DNA from: an uncultured Alphaproteobacteria bacterium
GTDB taxonomy: Bacteria > Pseudomonadota > Alphaproteobacteria > Rhizobiales > Methyloligellaceae
DNA: 64,000 nt
Assembly: GCA_963826465.1 (NCBI GenBank)
Contig: CAWGXJ010000020.1
Location: 142,806 to 206,805, forward strand
Direction of reading: 5' to 3'
Part shown: positions 38,232-48,561 of the stretch, in pieces
How the letters are laid out: each line of letters starts with the position of its first letter
How positions within the stretch are numbered: the first letter of the stretch is position 1
Translations under genes and position numbers: made by a program
The notes under the pieces: model-generated
Databases searched by the model: none
Told to the model about the DNA's origin: nothing
The model's input: only the letters and a program-made list of their open reading frames with translations

Positions 38232-39419
38232 ATGATCAAACGCTTCATCATCGCCGCCGCCATCATCGGCCTGTTCCTCGCCGGAGTCGGGTGGTTCAAC
38301 CTCATCTTCAAGCCGAAGATGATCGCCGACTTCGTGTCCAAGATGGCGCCGCCCGCCGCCACGGTGACGGCTGAGCCGGCGAAGCTCGAGGGCTGGACGG
38401 ACCGCGTGCACTCGGTCGGCACGCTGCTCGCCATCGAGGGGGTCGAGGTGGCGCCCGAGGTGGGGGGCATCGTCAGCGACTATTCCTTCGACAGCGGCCA
38501 GGACGTGAAGAAGGGCGAGAAGCTGGTCCAACTCGACATCTCGGTCGAGGAGGCGGACCTCAAGAACAACAAGGCGTTGCTGAAAGAGGCGGAGCTCAAC
38601 CTGGAACGTCAGTCGAGTCTCGTGAAGCGGCAGGTGACGTCGCAGGCGACGCTCAATTCGGCACTCGCCAAGCGCGACTCCGCACAGGCCAACGTCCAGC
38701 GCATCGAGGCGCTGATCGCGCAAAAGACGATCACCGCGCCGTTCGCAGGCCAGCTCGGTTTGCGGCGGGTCGAGAAGGGGCAGTATGTCTCGTCCGGCCA
38801 GGCGCTCGTCTGGCTCCAGGCGCTCGATCCGATCTGGGTCGATTTCCCGGTGCCCGAGGGCGAGATGGCCGACTTCAAGGTCGGCGCCAAGATCGAGCTG
38901 ACCGTCGATACCTATGACGGCAAGGTGTTCGAGGGCGAGGTCGAGGCGTTCGACGCCCGCCTCAACCAGGACAGCCGCACGCTCATGGTGCGGGGCAGGC
39001 TCAAGAACCCCGACCGCAAGCTCTTGCCCGGCATGTTCGCGCAAGTTGCGGTGCTCGCCGGCTCGCCGAAGGAGCTGGTGACGGTGCCGCGCACGGCGGT
39101 GACATATACGCTCTATGGCGACAGCGTCTGGGTGGTGAAAGAGGGAAGCGCGGAGCCCGCAGGCACGCCGGCCGCATCCGCCGATGCGGGCGCGGCCGTG
39201 GCCGCCGATGCGCCGCCCCCTCAAGAGCCCGCGCTCACGGTCGAGCGCCGCTTCGTGCATGTCGGACCGGCGGAACAGGGCCGGGTGGCGATCCTCGACG
39301 GCGTGAAGGCCGGAGAGCAGGTGGTGACGAGCGGCCAGCTGAAATTGCATCCCGGCGCCACGGTGAAGATCGATAACGCCGATGCTCTGAAGCCTCCGGC
39401 GGTGATGCCGAAGCAGTAG
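38232..39419 (+). CDS. RND efflux periplasmic adaptor (MFP)
   Basis: N-terminal anchor, ITAPFAGQLG, LLPGMFA, VVTSGQLKL. Confidence 0.93.
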   Translation: MIKRFIIAAAIIGLFLAGVGWFNLIFKPKMIADFVSKMAPPAATVTAEPAKLEGWTDRVHSVGTLLAIEGVEVAPEVGGIVSDYSFDSGQDVKKGEKLVQLDISVEEADLKNNKALLKEAELNLERQSSLVKRQVTSQATLNSALAKRDSAQANVQRIEALIAQKTITAPFAGQLGLRRVEKGQYVSSGQALVWLQALDPIWVDFPVPEGEMADFKVGAKIELTVDTYDGKVFEGEVEAFDARLNQDSRTLMVRGRLKNPDRKLLPGMFAQVAVLAGSPKELVTVPRTAVTYTLYGDSVWVVKEGSAEPAGTPAASADAGAAVAADAPPPQEPALTVERRFVHVGPAEQGRVAILDGVKAGEQVVTSGQLKLHPGATVKIDNADALKPPAVMPKQ

Positions 39420-39425
39420 GCGCGC

Positions 39426-42400
39426 ATGCACTTCACCGATCTCTTCATCAAAAGGCCGGTGCTGGCCACGGTCGTGAGCCTGCTGATCCTGCTCGTCGGC
39501 GCGCAGGCAGGATTCAAGCTGCCGATCCGGCAATATCCCGAGCTGTCCAATACGACGATCACCATCCTCACGACCTATCCGGGCGCCAACGCCGATCTCA
39601 TTCAGGGCTTCATCACCGTGCCGATCCAGCAGGCGGTGGCGAGCGCTGAAGGCATCGACACGCTGACGGCGTCGTCGACGCAGAATGCGAGCACGGTCAC
39701 ACTTAATCTGAAGCTCGACGCCGATCCGGACCGCGCCATGACGGACGTGCTGTCGAAACTTGCCCAGGTGAAGAGCATTTTGCCGCGTGAGGCGAACGAC
39801 TCCATCGTCACCAAGAAGACCGGCGAGGGCTACGCGCTGCTTTATCTCTCCTTCAATTCGAAGGTGATGAGCTCGTCGCAGATCAGCGACTATCTCCAGC
39901 GCGTGGTGCAGCCGAGGCTGCAAACCATCAATGGCGTCGCTCAAGCCGAGATGCTCGGCGGCCAGGTGTTCTCCATGCGCATCTGGCTCGATCCCGACCG
40001 CATGGCGGCGCTCGGGGTGACGCCGCTCGACGTGCGGAAAGCGCTGGCCGACAACAACTTCACCTCGGCGCCGGGACAGGTGAAGGGCGACTTCACCCAG
40101 ACCAATATCGACGCCAAGACCTCGCTCAGCGATCCCGATGCCTTCGGACGGCTCGTGGTGTTGGCCCGCGGCGACTCGCTGGTCCGTTTGAGCGAGATCG
40201 CCGATATCGAGCTTGGACCGGAGAACGCGGATTCCTCGTCGGTGTTCGACGGGCTGAAGGCCGTGTTCATCGGCATCTACGCCACGCCGACGGCCAATCC
40301 GCTGACGGTGATCACCGATGTGCGCAAGGCCTTTCCGCAGATCCAAGCGGAGTTGCCGCCGGGGCTCGACGCCGCGATCGCCTACGACGCCACCAGCTTC
40401 ATCCGCGCTTCGTTGTTGGAGGTGATGAAGACGCTCGGCGAGGCGGCGATCATCGTCATCGTGGTGATCTTCCTGTTCCTGGGTAATCTCAGATCGACGC
40501 TGGTGCCGATCGTCACCATTCCGCTGTCGTTGATCGGCGTGCTCGCCCTACTGCTGGCGCTCGGCTACTCGATCAATTTGATGACGCTGCTCGCCCTCGT
40601 GCTCGCCATCGGGCTCGTGGTGGACGACGCCATCGTCGTGGTGGAGAACATCTACCGCCATATCGAGGACGGGAAGCGCCCGTTCGAGGCGGCACTCTTG
40701 GGCGCGCGGGAGATCGTCTATCCGGTCATCGCCATGACCATCACGCTCGCCGCCGTGTTCGCGCCCATCGCGTTCGTGTCGGGACTGACCGGCGCGCTGT
40801 TCCGCGAGTTCGCCTTCACGCTCGCCGGGGCGGTGGTCGTGTCGGGCATCATCGCGCTCACGCTGTCGCCGATGATGTGCTCGAAGCTGCTCAAGTCTCA
40901 GGCGGATGGCGGCGGCGCCGACGGCCTCACCGCCTGGCTCGATCGCAGATTCGAAAGCCTGAAGAACCGATATCAGCGGCGCCTTCACGGCACGCTCAAG
41001 TACCGCCCCGTGACGGTTCTGGTGCTGGTCGGCGTGATGGCGGCGACCGGGCTTCTCTATATGACGACCCAGCGCGAGCTCGCGCCGGAGGAGGATCAGG
41101 GCATCCTGTTCACTCTGGTGAAGACGCCGCAATACGCGAATCTCGACTATCTGGAGGACGCGACCAATCAGCTCTATCGCGCCTATAGCAGCGTGCCGGA
41201 GAAGGAGCACGTGTTCACCATCAACGGCATGGGCGACGCGCATCAAGGCTTCTCCGGCCTTCTGCTGAAGCCCTGGGGCGAGCGGGAGCGCAATCAGAAG
41301 CAGGTGCTGCAGGAGCTCTCGCCGCGCATCAGCAGTCTTGCGACCGCGCAGGCGATCTCCTTCGCGCCGCCCTCCCTGCCGGGCTCGGTCGGCGGGCCGC
41401 CGATCCAGTTCGTCATCACCACGACCCATGACTTCGAGCAGCTGGCGGACGTGCTGGCCGACGTGGAGAAGGCGGCGAAAGCGAGCGGCATGTTCATCTT
41501 CTCGGACTCCGACCTGCGCTTCCAGACGCCGCAGATCGAGTTCCATATCGATCATGACAAGGCGAACCGGCTCGGCATCACCATGGCCGATGTCGGCAAC
41601 TCGCTGGCGACCCTGCTCGGCGGCAACTACGTGAACCTGTTCGACCTCTACGGGCGGAGCTACCGGGTCATCCCGCAAGTGCCGCGCGAATTCAGGGACA
41701 CGGACGATTGGCTGACCCGCTATCAGATCCGCACGAGCGCTGGCGGGCTCGTGCCGCTCTCCAACGTCGCCTCGGTCACGAAGGTGGTGCAGCCGAACTC
41801 GCTGACCAATTTCCAGCAGCTCAACTCGGCGACGCTGACGGCGGTCCCGTTCCCCGGACGCACGGTGGGCGAGGCGATCGAGTTCCTGAAGAAGCAGGCG
41901 GAGAACTTCCCGGAAGGGTTCACCTATGACTGGCAAGGCGAGAGCCGCCAGTTCGTGCAGGAAGGCAATACGCTCGTCTACACCTTCGTCTTCGCGCTGG
42001 TGATCATCTATCTCGTTCTCGCCGCGCAATATGAGAGCTTCCGCGACCCGTTCATCATCCTGATCGCGCTGCCGACGTCGATCTTCGGCGCGCTCCTGCC
42101 GATGAACGCAGGGCTCGCCACCATCAACATCTATACGCAGATCGGCCTGGTCTGCCTGATCGGATTGATCGCCAAGCACGGCATTCTGATGGTGGACTTC
42201 GCCAACAAGCTCCAGGAGAACGAGGGCTATTCCCGTGCCGATGCGATCGAGCACGCGGCAGCCATTCGCTTGCGGCCGATCCTCATGACCACGGCGGCGA
42301 CAGTCGTGGCCATGGTGCCGCTCCTCATCGCGGCGGGCGCGGGCGCCGCGGCGCGCTTCAATATCGGCGTGGTGATCGCCGCCGGCATGACCATCGGCAC

Positions 42401-42740
42401 GCTGTTCACCCTGTTCGTGACGCCGACGATCTACACCTATCTCGCGCGCGACCATCAAAAGGCGAAGGCGAAGCTCGAGGCCGAGGCCGCCAAGTCGGGC
42501 GCAGGCGCGCCTGCGCCCGAGAAGACGCCCACGGCAGAGGAGAGGAAGGAGCTCGACGCCGAAGCCGAGGCGGGGGTGCAGTTCCCCGCGGAGGACGAGG
42601 CGCCGGAGCCTTCGGAGACGGCCGATGAGACCGCTAAGGCCCGGGAGGCCAGGGCCGCCCGATCGGCGGCCAAGGGGCGCCAGCGCAAGCCCCGGGGCCG
42701 CAGAAACGGGCGGAAAGACCTGCCCACCGCGGCGGAATAG
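39426..42740 (+). CDS. RND efflux permease (HAE1; MexI/MexW-like)
   Basis: FIKRPVLA, AIGLVVDDAIVVVEN, ALTLSPMMC, RLRPILMTT. Confidence 0.95.
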   Translation: MHFTDLFIKRPVLATVVSLLILLVGAQAGFKLPIRQYPELSNTTITILTTYPGANADLIQGFITVPIQQAVASAEGIDTLTASSTQNASTVTLNLKLDADPDRAMTDVLSKLAQVKSILPREANDSIVTKKTGEGYALLYLSFNSKVMSSSQISDYLQRVVQPRLQTINGVAQAEMLGGQVFSMRIWLDPDRMAALGVTPLDVRKALADNNFTSAPGQVKGDFTQTNIDAKTSLSDPDAFGRLVVLARGDSLVRLSEIADIELGPENADSSSVFDGLKAVFIGIYATPTANPLTVITDVRKAFPQIQAELPPGLDAAIAYDATSFIRASLLEVMKTLGEAAIIVIVVIFLFLGNLRSTLVPIVTIPLSLIGVLALLLALGYSINLMTLLALVLAIGLVVDDAIVVVENIYRHIEDGKRPFEAALLGAREIVYPVIAMTITLAAVFAPIAFVSGLTGALFREFAFTLAGAVVVSGIIALTLSPMMCSKLLKSQADGGGADGLTAWLDRRFESLKNRYQRRLHGTLKYRPVTVLVLVGVMAATGLLYMTTQRELAPEEDQGILFTLVKTPQYANLDYLEDATNQLYRAYSSVPEKEHVFTINGMGDAHQGFSGLLLKPWGERERNQKQVLQELSPRISSLATAQAISFAPPSLPGSVGGPPIQFVITTTHDFEQLADVLADVEKAAKASGMFIFSDSDLRFQTPQIEFHIDHDKANRLGITMADVGNSLATLLGGNYVNLFDLYGRSYRVIPQVPREFRDTDDWLTRYQIRTSAGGLVPLSNVASVTKVVQPNSLTNFQQLNSATLTAVPFPGRTVGEAIEFLKKQAENFPEGFTYDWQGESRQFVQEGNTLVYTFVFALVIIYLVLAAQYESFRDPFIILIALPTSIFGALLPMNAGLATINIYTQIGLVCLIGLIAKHGILMVDFANKLQENEGYSRADAIEHAAAIRLRPILMTTAATVVAMVPLLIAAGAGAAARFNIGVVIAAGMTIGTLFTLFVTPTIYTYLARDHQKAKAKLEAEAAKSGAGAPAPEKTPTAEERKELDAEAEAGVQFPAEDEAPEPSETADETAKAREARAARSAAKGRQRKPRGRRNGRKDLPTAAE

Positions 42741-42821
42741 GCTCGCCGAAAGCGACCCTCGCTGGTTTACTCGCCTCCGGCTTCCCACTAGAAAGCCTGA
42801 GCAAAAACGGGCTGGGGACCA

Positions 42822-44840
42822 ATGTTCAAGAAGCTTCTGATCGCCAATCGCGGCGAAATCGCCTGCCGCATCATCCGGACCGCGAAACGCCTCGGCATTC
42901 AAACCGTGGCCGTCTATTCGGAAGCGGACCGCGACGCGCTGCATGTGGACATGGCCGACGAAGCGGTGGCCATCGGCCCGGCCGCCGCGGCGCAGTCCTA
43001 TCTCGTCATGGACAAGATCATCGCCGCCGCCAAGGCGACGGGCGCGGAGGCGATCCATCCGGGCTATGGGTTCCTGTCCGAGAACGCCGCTTTCGCCAAG
43101 GCGCTTCAGAAGGCGGGCATCGTGTTCGTCGGGCCGAACCCGGGCGCCATCGAGGCCATGGGCGACAAGATCGAGTCCAAGAAGCTCGCGGCCAAGGCGA
43201 AGGTGTCAACGGTGCCGGGTCATCTCGGCGTGATCAAGGACGCCAAGGAGGCGACCAAGATCGCCGACGAGATCGGCTACCCGGTGATGATCAAGGCGTC
43301 TGCGGGCGGCGGCGGCAAGGGCATGCGCATCGCCTACAGCCAGAAAGAGGTGGCCGAAGGCTTCGCCTCGTCGCAATCGGAGGCGAAGTCGAGCTTCGGC
43401 GACGACCGCGTGTTCATCGAGAAATATATCGAGGAGCCGCGCCATATCGAGATCCAGGTGCTGGGCGACAAGCACGGCAACGTCATTCATCTCGGCGAGC
43501 GCGAATGCTCGATCCAGCGGCGCAACCAGAAGGTCATCGAGGAGGCGCCGAGCCCGTTCATCGACGCCAAGACGCGCGAGGCGATGGGCGCCCAGGCCGT
43601 GGCGCTCGCCAAGGCCGTGGGCTACGACTCCGCGGGCACGGTCGAGTTCATCGCCGACAAGGACCGCAACTTCTACTTCCTGGAGATGAACACGCGCCTC
43701 CAGGTGGAGCATCCGGTGACCGAGCTCGTCACCGGTCTCGATCTCGTCGAGGAGATGCTGAGGGTCGCCGCCGGCGAGAAGCTCGCCATCACGCAGAAGG
43801 ACGTGAAGCTCAAAGGCTCGGCCATCGAGTCCCGCATCTACGCCGAGGACCCGGTGCGCAACTTCCTGCCGTCGACGGGTCGGCTGGTGCGCTTCCGGCC
43901 GCCGGAGCTCGGCACGAAAGACGGTATCACCACCCGGCTCGACACGGGCGTGGAGGAGGGCGGCGAGATCTCGGTCTATTACGACCCGATGATCGCCAAG
44001 CTCATCACCCACGCGCCGAAGCGCATCGAGGCCATCGAGGAGATGGGCCGGGCGCTCGACGCCTTCGCCCTCGACGGCTTCCGGCACAACATTCCGTTCC
44101 TCGCCGTGCTCATGCGCAACGCGCGTTGGCGCGAGGGGCGGCTCTCCACCAAGTTCATCGCCGAGGAGTTTCCGGACGGCTTCCACCCGCCGGTCCCGCA
44201 AGGCGCGGTGCGCGACGTGCTGGCGGCCGTGGCGGCGAGCATCGACCACCTCTCCAACAATCGGCGGCGCATGATCACTCACCAAATGCACGGCGAGCCG
44301 GTGCGCTTCTCCGAGGTGCGCATGGTCGAGCTTGGCGGCGAGCATGTCCGCGTGACCGTCGAAGGGCGCGACTATCCGCTGACCGTGAAGTTCGGCGGGA
44401 AGGGAACCGGCGAGAAAGCGCGTTCGATCGCGCTGACGTCGTCGTGGTGGTTCGGCGATCCGGTGTGGGAAGGATTAGTCGGTGACGAGCCGGTCGCCGT
44501 GCAGGTGCGGTCGATCGTGAACGGCGTCCATCTCACCTATCAAGGTGTGGAAGTGGCGGCGCGGGTGTTCACGGAGCGCGAGGCGGAGCTTCTCGCGCTC
44601 ATGCCGGTCAAGGAGAAGCCGGACACGTCGAAGCTGCTGCTCTGTCCGATGCCGGGACTCATCGTGTCGCTCGCCGTGGAGGAGGGCCAGGAGGTGGCCG
44701 CCGGCGATACGCTGTGCGTCGTCGAGGCGATGAAGATGGAGAACGTGCTCAAGGCCGAACGCGACGGCACGGTCTCCAAGATCCTCGCCAAGCCCGGCGA
44801 CAGCCTCAATGTGGACGCCATCATTCTGGAATTCGCGTAA
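42822..44840 (+). CDS. pccA: Propionyl-CoA carboxylase alpha subunit (biotin carboxylase + biotinyl domain)
   Basis: IANRGEIA, HPGYGFLSEN, ECSIQRRNQK, EMNTRLQVEHPVTE, EAMKM. Confidence 0.92.
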   Translation: MFKKLLIANRGEIACRIIRTAKRLGIQTVAVYSEADRDALHVDMADEAVAIGPAAAAQSYLVMDKIIAAAKATGAEAIHPGYGFLSENAAFAKALQKAGIVFVGPNPGAIEAMGDKIESKKLAAKAKVSTVPGHLGVIKDAKEATKIADEIGYPVMIKASAGGGGKGMRIAYSQKEVAEGFASSQSEAKSSFGDDRVFIEKYIEEPRHIEIQVLGDKHGNVIHLGERECSIQRRNQKVIEEAPSPFIDAKTREAMGAQAVALAKAVGYDSAGTVEFIADKDRNFYFLEMNTRLQVEHPVTELVTGLDLVEEMLRVAAGEKLAITQKDVKLKGSAIESRIYAEDPVRNFLPSTGRLVRFRPPELGTKDGITTRLDTGVEEGGEISVYYDPMIAKLITHAPKRIEAIEEMGRALDAFALDGFRHNIPFLAVLMRNARWREGRLSTKFIAEEFPDGFHPPVPQGAVRDVLAAVAASIDHLSNNRRRMITHQMHGEPVRFSEVRMVELGGEHVRVTVEGRDYPLTVKFGGKGTGEKARSIALTSSWWFGDPVWEGLVGDEPVAVQVRSIVNGVHLTYQGVEVAARVFTEREAELLALMPVKEKPDTSKLLLCPMPGLIVSLAVEEGQEVAAGDTLCVVEAMKMENVLKAERDGTVSKILAKPGDSLNVDAIILEFA

Positions 44841-44849
44841 GGGCGCAAA

Positions 44850-45125
44850 TTGAAGACCGTGACGGTCAGGGTCGAAGGCCGCGTGCAGGGCGTCTGCTAC
44901 CGCGCCTGGGCGGAGCAGACGGCGCGCCGGCTCAATCTCGACGGCTGGGTCCGCAACCGCCGCGACGGCAGCGTCGAGGCGGTGTTCTCAGGGCCCGATC
45001 CTCAGGTCGATGAGATGGTGCGGCGCTGCGCCCACGGTCCGCCGGATGCGCAGGTCACCAACATCGTCGTCACCGCCGAGGGCGGCACGACGCCTCCCGG
45101 CTTCAAGGTGCTCCCGACCCACTAG
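44850..45125 (+). CDS. acyP: Acylphosphatase (TTG start)
   Basis: GRVQGVCYR; [12 protein letters not shown]. Confidence 0.93.
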   Translation: MKTVTVRVEGRVQGVCYRAWAEQTARRLNLDGWVRNRRDGSVEAVFSGPDPQVDEMVRRCAHGPPDAQVTNIVVTAEGGTTPPGFKVLPTH

Positions 45126-45785
45126 GCCTTCTTGCCGAAGGTCTTCTCGAAGGCGGCGCGGAGCGCATCGTCCACGCGGGCCATGTCGGTCTCGGCTCGA
45201 AGCGCTTCGAGGCTCGTCACCTTGGTCGTCGTGGAGGCCGCAGGGCACGATGCCGGAGAAGTGCTCGAGGTCGGGCGCAACGTTGAGGCTCACCCCGTGC
45301 AGCGTGACCCAACGGCGCACGCGCACGCCGATGGAGGCGATCTTGGCGTCGCCTACGAAGATGCCGACCGCGCCGGGACGCCGCTCGCCGGCGACGCCGA
45401 GACGGGCGAGGGCCGCGATCAGCCAGTCCTCGAGGGCTGTGACATAGGCGTGCACGTCACGGCCGCGGGGCGCGAGATCGAGCATCACATAGGCCACGCG
45501 CTGACCCGGACCATGATAGGTGAAGCGGCCGCCGCGGCCGGTCCGGAACACGGGGAACCGTCCAGGGTCGAGGAGCTCGTCCTCGGCGGCGCTGGTGCCG
45601 GCGGTATAAAGAGGCGGATGCTCCAGGAGCCATACGCAGTTGGGCGCCGCGCCGTCTGCAATGGCCGCCGCGCGGGCCTCCATGGCCGTGATCGCCGCCT
45701 CGTAGGGCACGGGGGCAGGGCTCACGACCCACTCCACGGGGGCGGATTCGGCGGCCAGAGGCGATGTTGGGGCGGTCTTCAGCAT
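45122..45785 (-). CDS. lipB: Lipoyl(octanoyl) transferase LipB; frameshift near 45222
   Basis: [36 protein letters not shown], then shifted VTSLEAL...[10 protein letters not shown]. Confidence 0.93.
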
Positions 45786-45913
45786 GGGCCAGATATCCTA
45801 GGGCAAACCTTGCACCCCTGGGGCAGGTTTGGTAAGGCAGCGGGCCCCGCGTAATGCTTGCCGATGGGGTGGCCTAGTGCCATATCCGGGGCAGCAGGCT
45901 TCGGAGTTTTCAT

Positions 45914-46000
45914 GCGGTCGTGGCGGAATTGGTAGACGCGCAGCGTTGAGGTCGCTGTGGGGTAACTCCCGTGGAAGTTCGAGTCTTCTCGACCGCACCA
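45914..46000 (+). tRNA. tRNA-Leu(GAG)
   Basis: GCGGTCG/CGACCGC acceptor stem, anticodon arm CAGCG-TTGAGGT-CGCTG, long variable arm, TTCGA loop, encoded CCA. Confidence 0.97.
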
Positions 46001-46271
46001 CTTCTCCTGGTCTTGCCCCCGGCGCGCGGGGCCGATCTGGCGCATCTCGAGCGCAAAAGCGCGGGCCTCGCAAACCTCTGGATGTCTCGCCTCAGCGCCC
46101 ATTTTTTGGCTGGAAATTCCACCACAACAAGCGTCTAGTGGCCGCCAGGTCGCGACCTTAGTCGTACGACCGGAAGCGCCTCGGCGGGGGACGCGTTACG
46201 CGCGTTGCCGACGCTTTCCGGGCAAGCGGCCTATCCAGCTTGACGTTACAAACCCAGCGATTGGACGGGCG

Positions 46272-47651
46272 ATGCAGGACGCCGCAAGCGAGGTTCAACT
46301 GCGCGACGAGGAGGGGGACGTTCGGTCCGACTTCCTCCACGCAGTCTCCTCTGCGCTGGAGGCGGGCGATACCGCGCGGGTGCGAGCGCTGACCCTCGAC
46401 CTGCACGAAGCCGATCTCGCCGACCTTATCCAATTGCTCCGTCCCGAAGAGCGCGCGGCGCTCATCGCCGCTCTTGGCGACGACTTCAAAGCTGCGGCGC
46501 TGCCTGAGCTCGACGAGGGCGTGCGCGACCAGGTGCTGGAGGACATGCCGGCGGAGCAGGTCGCCGAGGTCCTGCAGCAGCTCGACTCGGACGAAGCCGT
46601 CTATCTGCTCGAGGACCTCGACAAGGAAGAGCAGAAGGACATCCTCGCCAAGCTCCCTTATTTCGAACGGATCGCGCTCCAGCGGAGCCTCGAATACCCG
46701 GAAGATTCCGCCGGCCGCATCATGCAGACCGATCTCATCGCCGTGCCGCCATTCTGGTCGGTGGGGCAGACGATCGACTATATGCGCGAGGCGTCAGACC
46801 TTCCCGACCGCTTCTATGAGATCTTCGTGGTGGACCCGGCCTATCACCTGATCGGCTCGGTGGCGCTCAACCGGCTTCTGCGCGCCAAGCGGCCGACCAC
46901 GATCGAAGCCATTACCGATGAGGACATCCGTCCCATCCCGGTCGAGTCCGACCAGGAGGAGGTGGCGCGGCAGTTCGAGCGCTACAACCTGACCTCGGCG
47001 CCGGTGATCGATGAGGACAAGCGGCTGGTCGGCGTCATCACCGCCGACGACGTGGTCGAGGTCGTCCAGGAGGAGGCATCCGAGGACATCTTGCGGATGG
47101 GTGGTGTCGCGGGCGAGTCCGTCAGCGACACGGTGTGGGAGACGACACGGCTCCGGTTCGCCTGGCTGCTCACCAATCTCGGGACCGCCATCCTCGCCTC
47201 CTACGTGATCAGCCTGTTCGAGGCGACCATCGAGCAGATGGTGGCGCTCGCCGTGCTGATGCCAATCGTGGCGTCGATGGGGGGCAATGCCGGGACCCAG
47301 ACCATGACGGTCGCGGTGCGGGCGCTGGCCACGCAGGATCTCGGCAGGGTCAACGCCATGCGGGTCATCCTGCGCGAATCGGCCGTCGGCCTGCTCAACG
47401 GACTCCTCTTCGCCGTCATCATGGCGGCGATCGCCTATTTCTGGTTCGGCAGCGACCAGCTCGGGCTCGTGATCGGGGTCGCCATGGTCGTCAACCTGTT
47501 CGCCGCGGCGCTGGCCGGCATCCTCATTCCGCTCGGCCTGGACGCGCTCGATCTCGATCCGGCTATCGCGTCCGGCGTATTCGTCACCACGGTCACCGAC
47601 GTTGTGGGCTTCTTCGCCTTCCTCGGGCTTGCCGCTTTGTGGTTAGTTTAG
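46272..47651 (+). CDS. mgtE: Magnesium transporter MgtE
   Basis: Acidic N-domain, CBS pair (YPEDSAGRIM), MGGNAGTQT, DPAIASGVFVTTVTD. Confidence 0.96.
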   Translation: MQDAASEVQLRDEEGDVRSDFLHAVSSALEAGDTARVRALTLDLHEADLADLIQLLRPEERAALIAALGDDFKAAALPELDEGVRDQVLEDMPAEQVAEVLQQLDSDEAVYLLEDLDKEEQKDILAKLPYFERIALQRSLEYPEDSAGRIMQTDLIAVPPFWSVGQTIDYMREASDLPDRFYEIFVVDPAYHLIGSVALNRLLRAKRPTTIEAITDEDIRPIPVESDQEEVARQFERYNLTSAPVIDEDKRLVGVITADDVVEVVQEEASEDILRMGGVAGESVSDTVWETTRLRFAWLLTNLGTAILASYVISLFEATIEQMVALAVLMPIVASMGGNAGTQTMTVAVRALATQDLGRVNAMRVILRESAVGLLNGLLFAVIMAAIAYFWFGSDQLGLVIGVAMVVNLFAAALAGILIPLGLDALDLDPAIASGVFVTTVTDVVGFFAFLGLAALWLV

Positions 47652-47670
47652 GCGCAACGAGGGGGCACCG

Positions 47671-48561
47671 ATGTTCTTCTATCTGGCCAAAGCTGTGTGG
47701 TTCGTGCTGCAGCCGTCCACGCTGATCGCGCTCCTCATCGGCTATGGGGCCATTCTGATCTGGACCGGGTGGGCCCGCTGGGGACGGCGCTTCGTCACCA
47801 TCGGCGCGATCCTTCTTCTCATTGTCGGCTTGTCGCCGCTCGGAAACGCGCTGATCCTGCCGCTCGAAAACCGCTTCCCGAGGGCCGATCTCAGCGTGCC
47901 GCCGCCGCCCACCGGCATCATCATTCTCGGCGGCGCGGAGGACCGGCTCGTGGGCAGCGCGCGCCATGCGCCAACGCTGAACGAGGCTGGCGAGCGGCTG
48001 CTGGAGGGCGCGATCCTCGCCAAGCGGTTCCCCGATGCCAAGGTCGCATTCTCAGGGGGCGATGCCGGCATCCTCTACAAGTCCGACAGCGAGGCGGAAG
48101 GGGCGGCGGCGATTCTGACGAAGCTCGGCATTGCCCGCGACCGGCTGATCCTCGAAGCGAATGCGCGGGACACTTACGAGAACGCGGTCTACCTGAAGAA
48201 GGAGCTCACCGCGAAGGGCGAGCTCGGCCCCTCCAAACGCTGGCTCTTGATCACCTCGGCCTATCATATGCCGCGGTCCATGGGGGCCTTCCGCCAGGCG
48301 GGCTTTTTCGTCGAGCCGTGGCCGGTGGATTACCGCACGCGGGGCAAGGCGGACCTGACCCGGCCGTTCGACAAGGTGTCGGAGGGCTTGCGGCGGGTGG
48401 ATACGGCCGCGCGCGAATGGGTGGGACTGTTGGCTTATTGGATCACGGGCCGAACGGACGCGCTGTTCCCGGGGCCGTTACCCGCCGGTGCCGGTTGCGA
48501 CCTGACTAATCCGTCGCAACCCGGCAGCCCGCCAGCATCCCCGTGTCGACCCACCCCCTGA
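47671..48561 (+). CDS. YdcF/ElyC (DUF218) family protein
   Basis: IIILGG, FSGG, ARDTYENA, LITSAYHMPRS, REWVGL. Confidence 0.93.
   Translation: MFFYLAKAVWFVLQPSTLIALLIGYGAILIWTGWARWGRRFVTIGAILLLIVGLSPLGNALILPLENRFPRADLSVPPPPTGIIILGGAEDRLVGSARHAPTLNEAGERLLEGAILAKRFPDAKVAFSGGDAGILYKSDSEAEGAAAILTKLGIARDRLILEANARDTYENAVYLKKELTAKGELGPSKRWLLITSAYHMPRSMGAFRQAGFFVEPWPVDYRTRGKADLTRPFDKVSEGLRRVDTAAREWVGLLAYWITGRTDALFPGPLPAGAGCDLTNPSQPGSPPASPCRPTP

Noticed and set aside
45914-46270. tRNA-Leu as an integration site
   Set aside because: No integrase and no duplicated tRNA 3' end noticed; flanked by housekeeping lipB and mgtE.
47671-48561. DUF218 gene as part of the RiPP cluster (56-bp 3' overlap)
   Set aside because: It is convergent and co-oriented with mgtE; the overlap is a low-complexity C-terminal extension.
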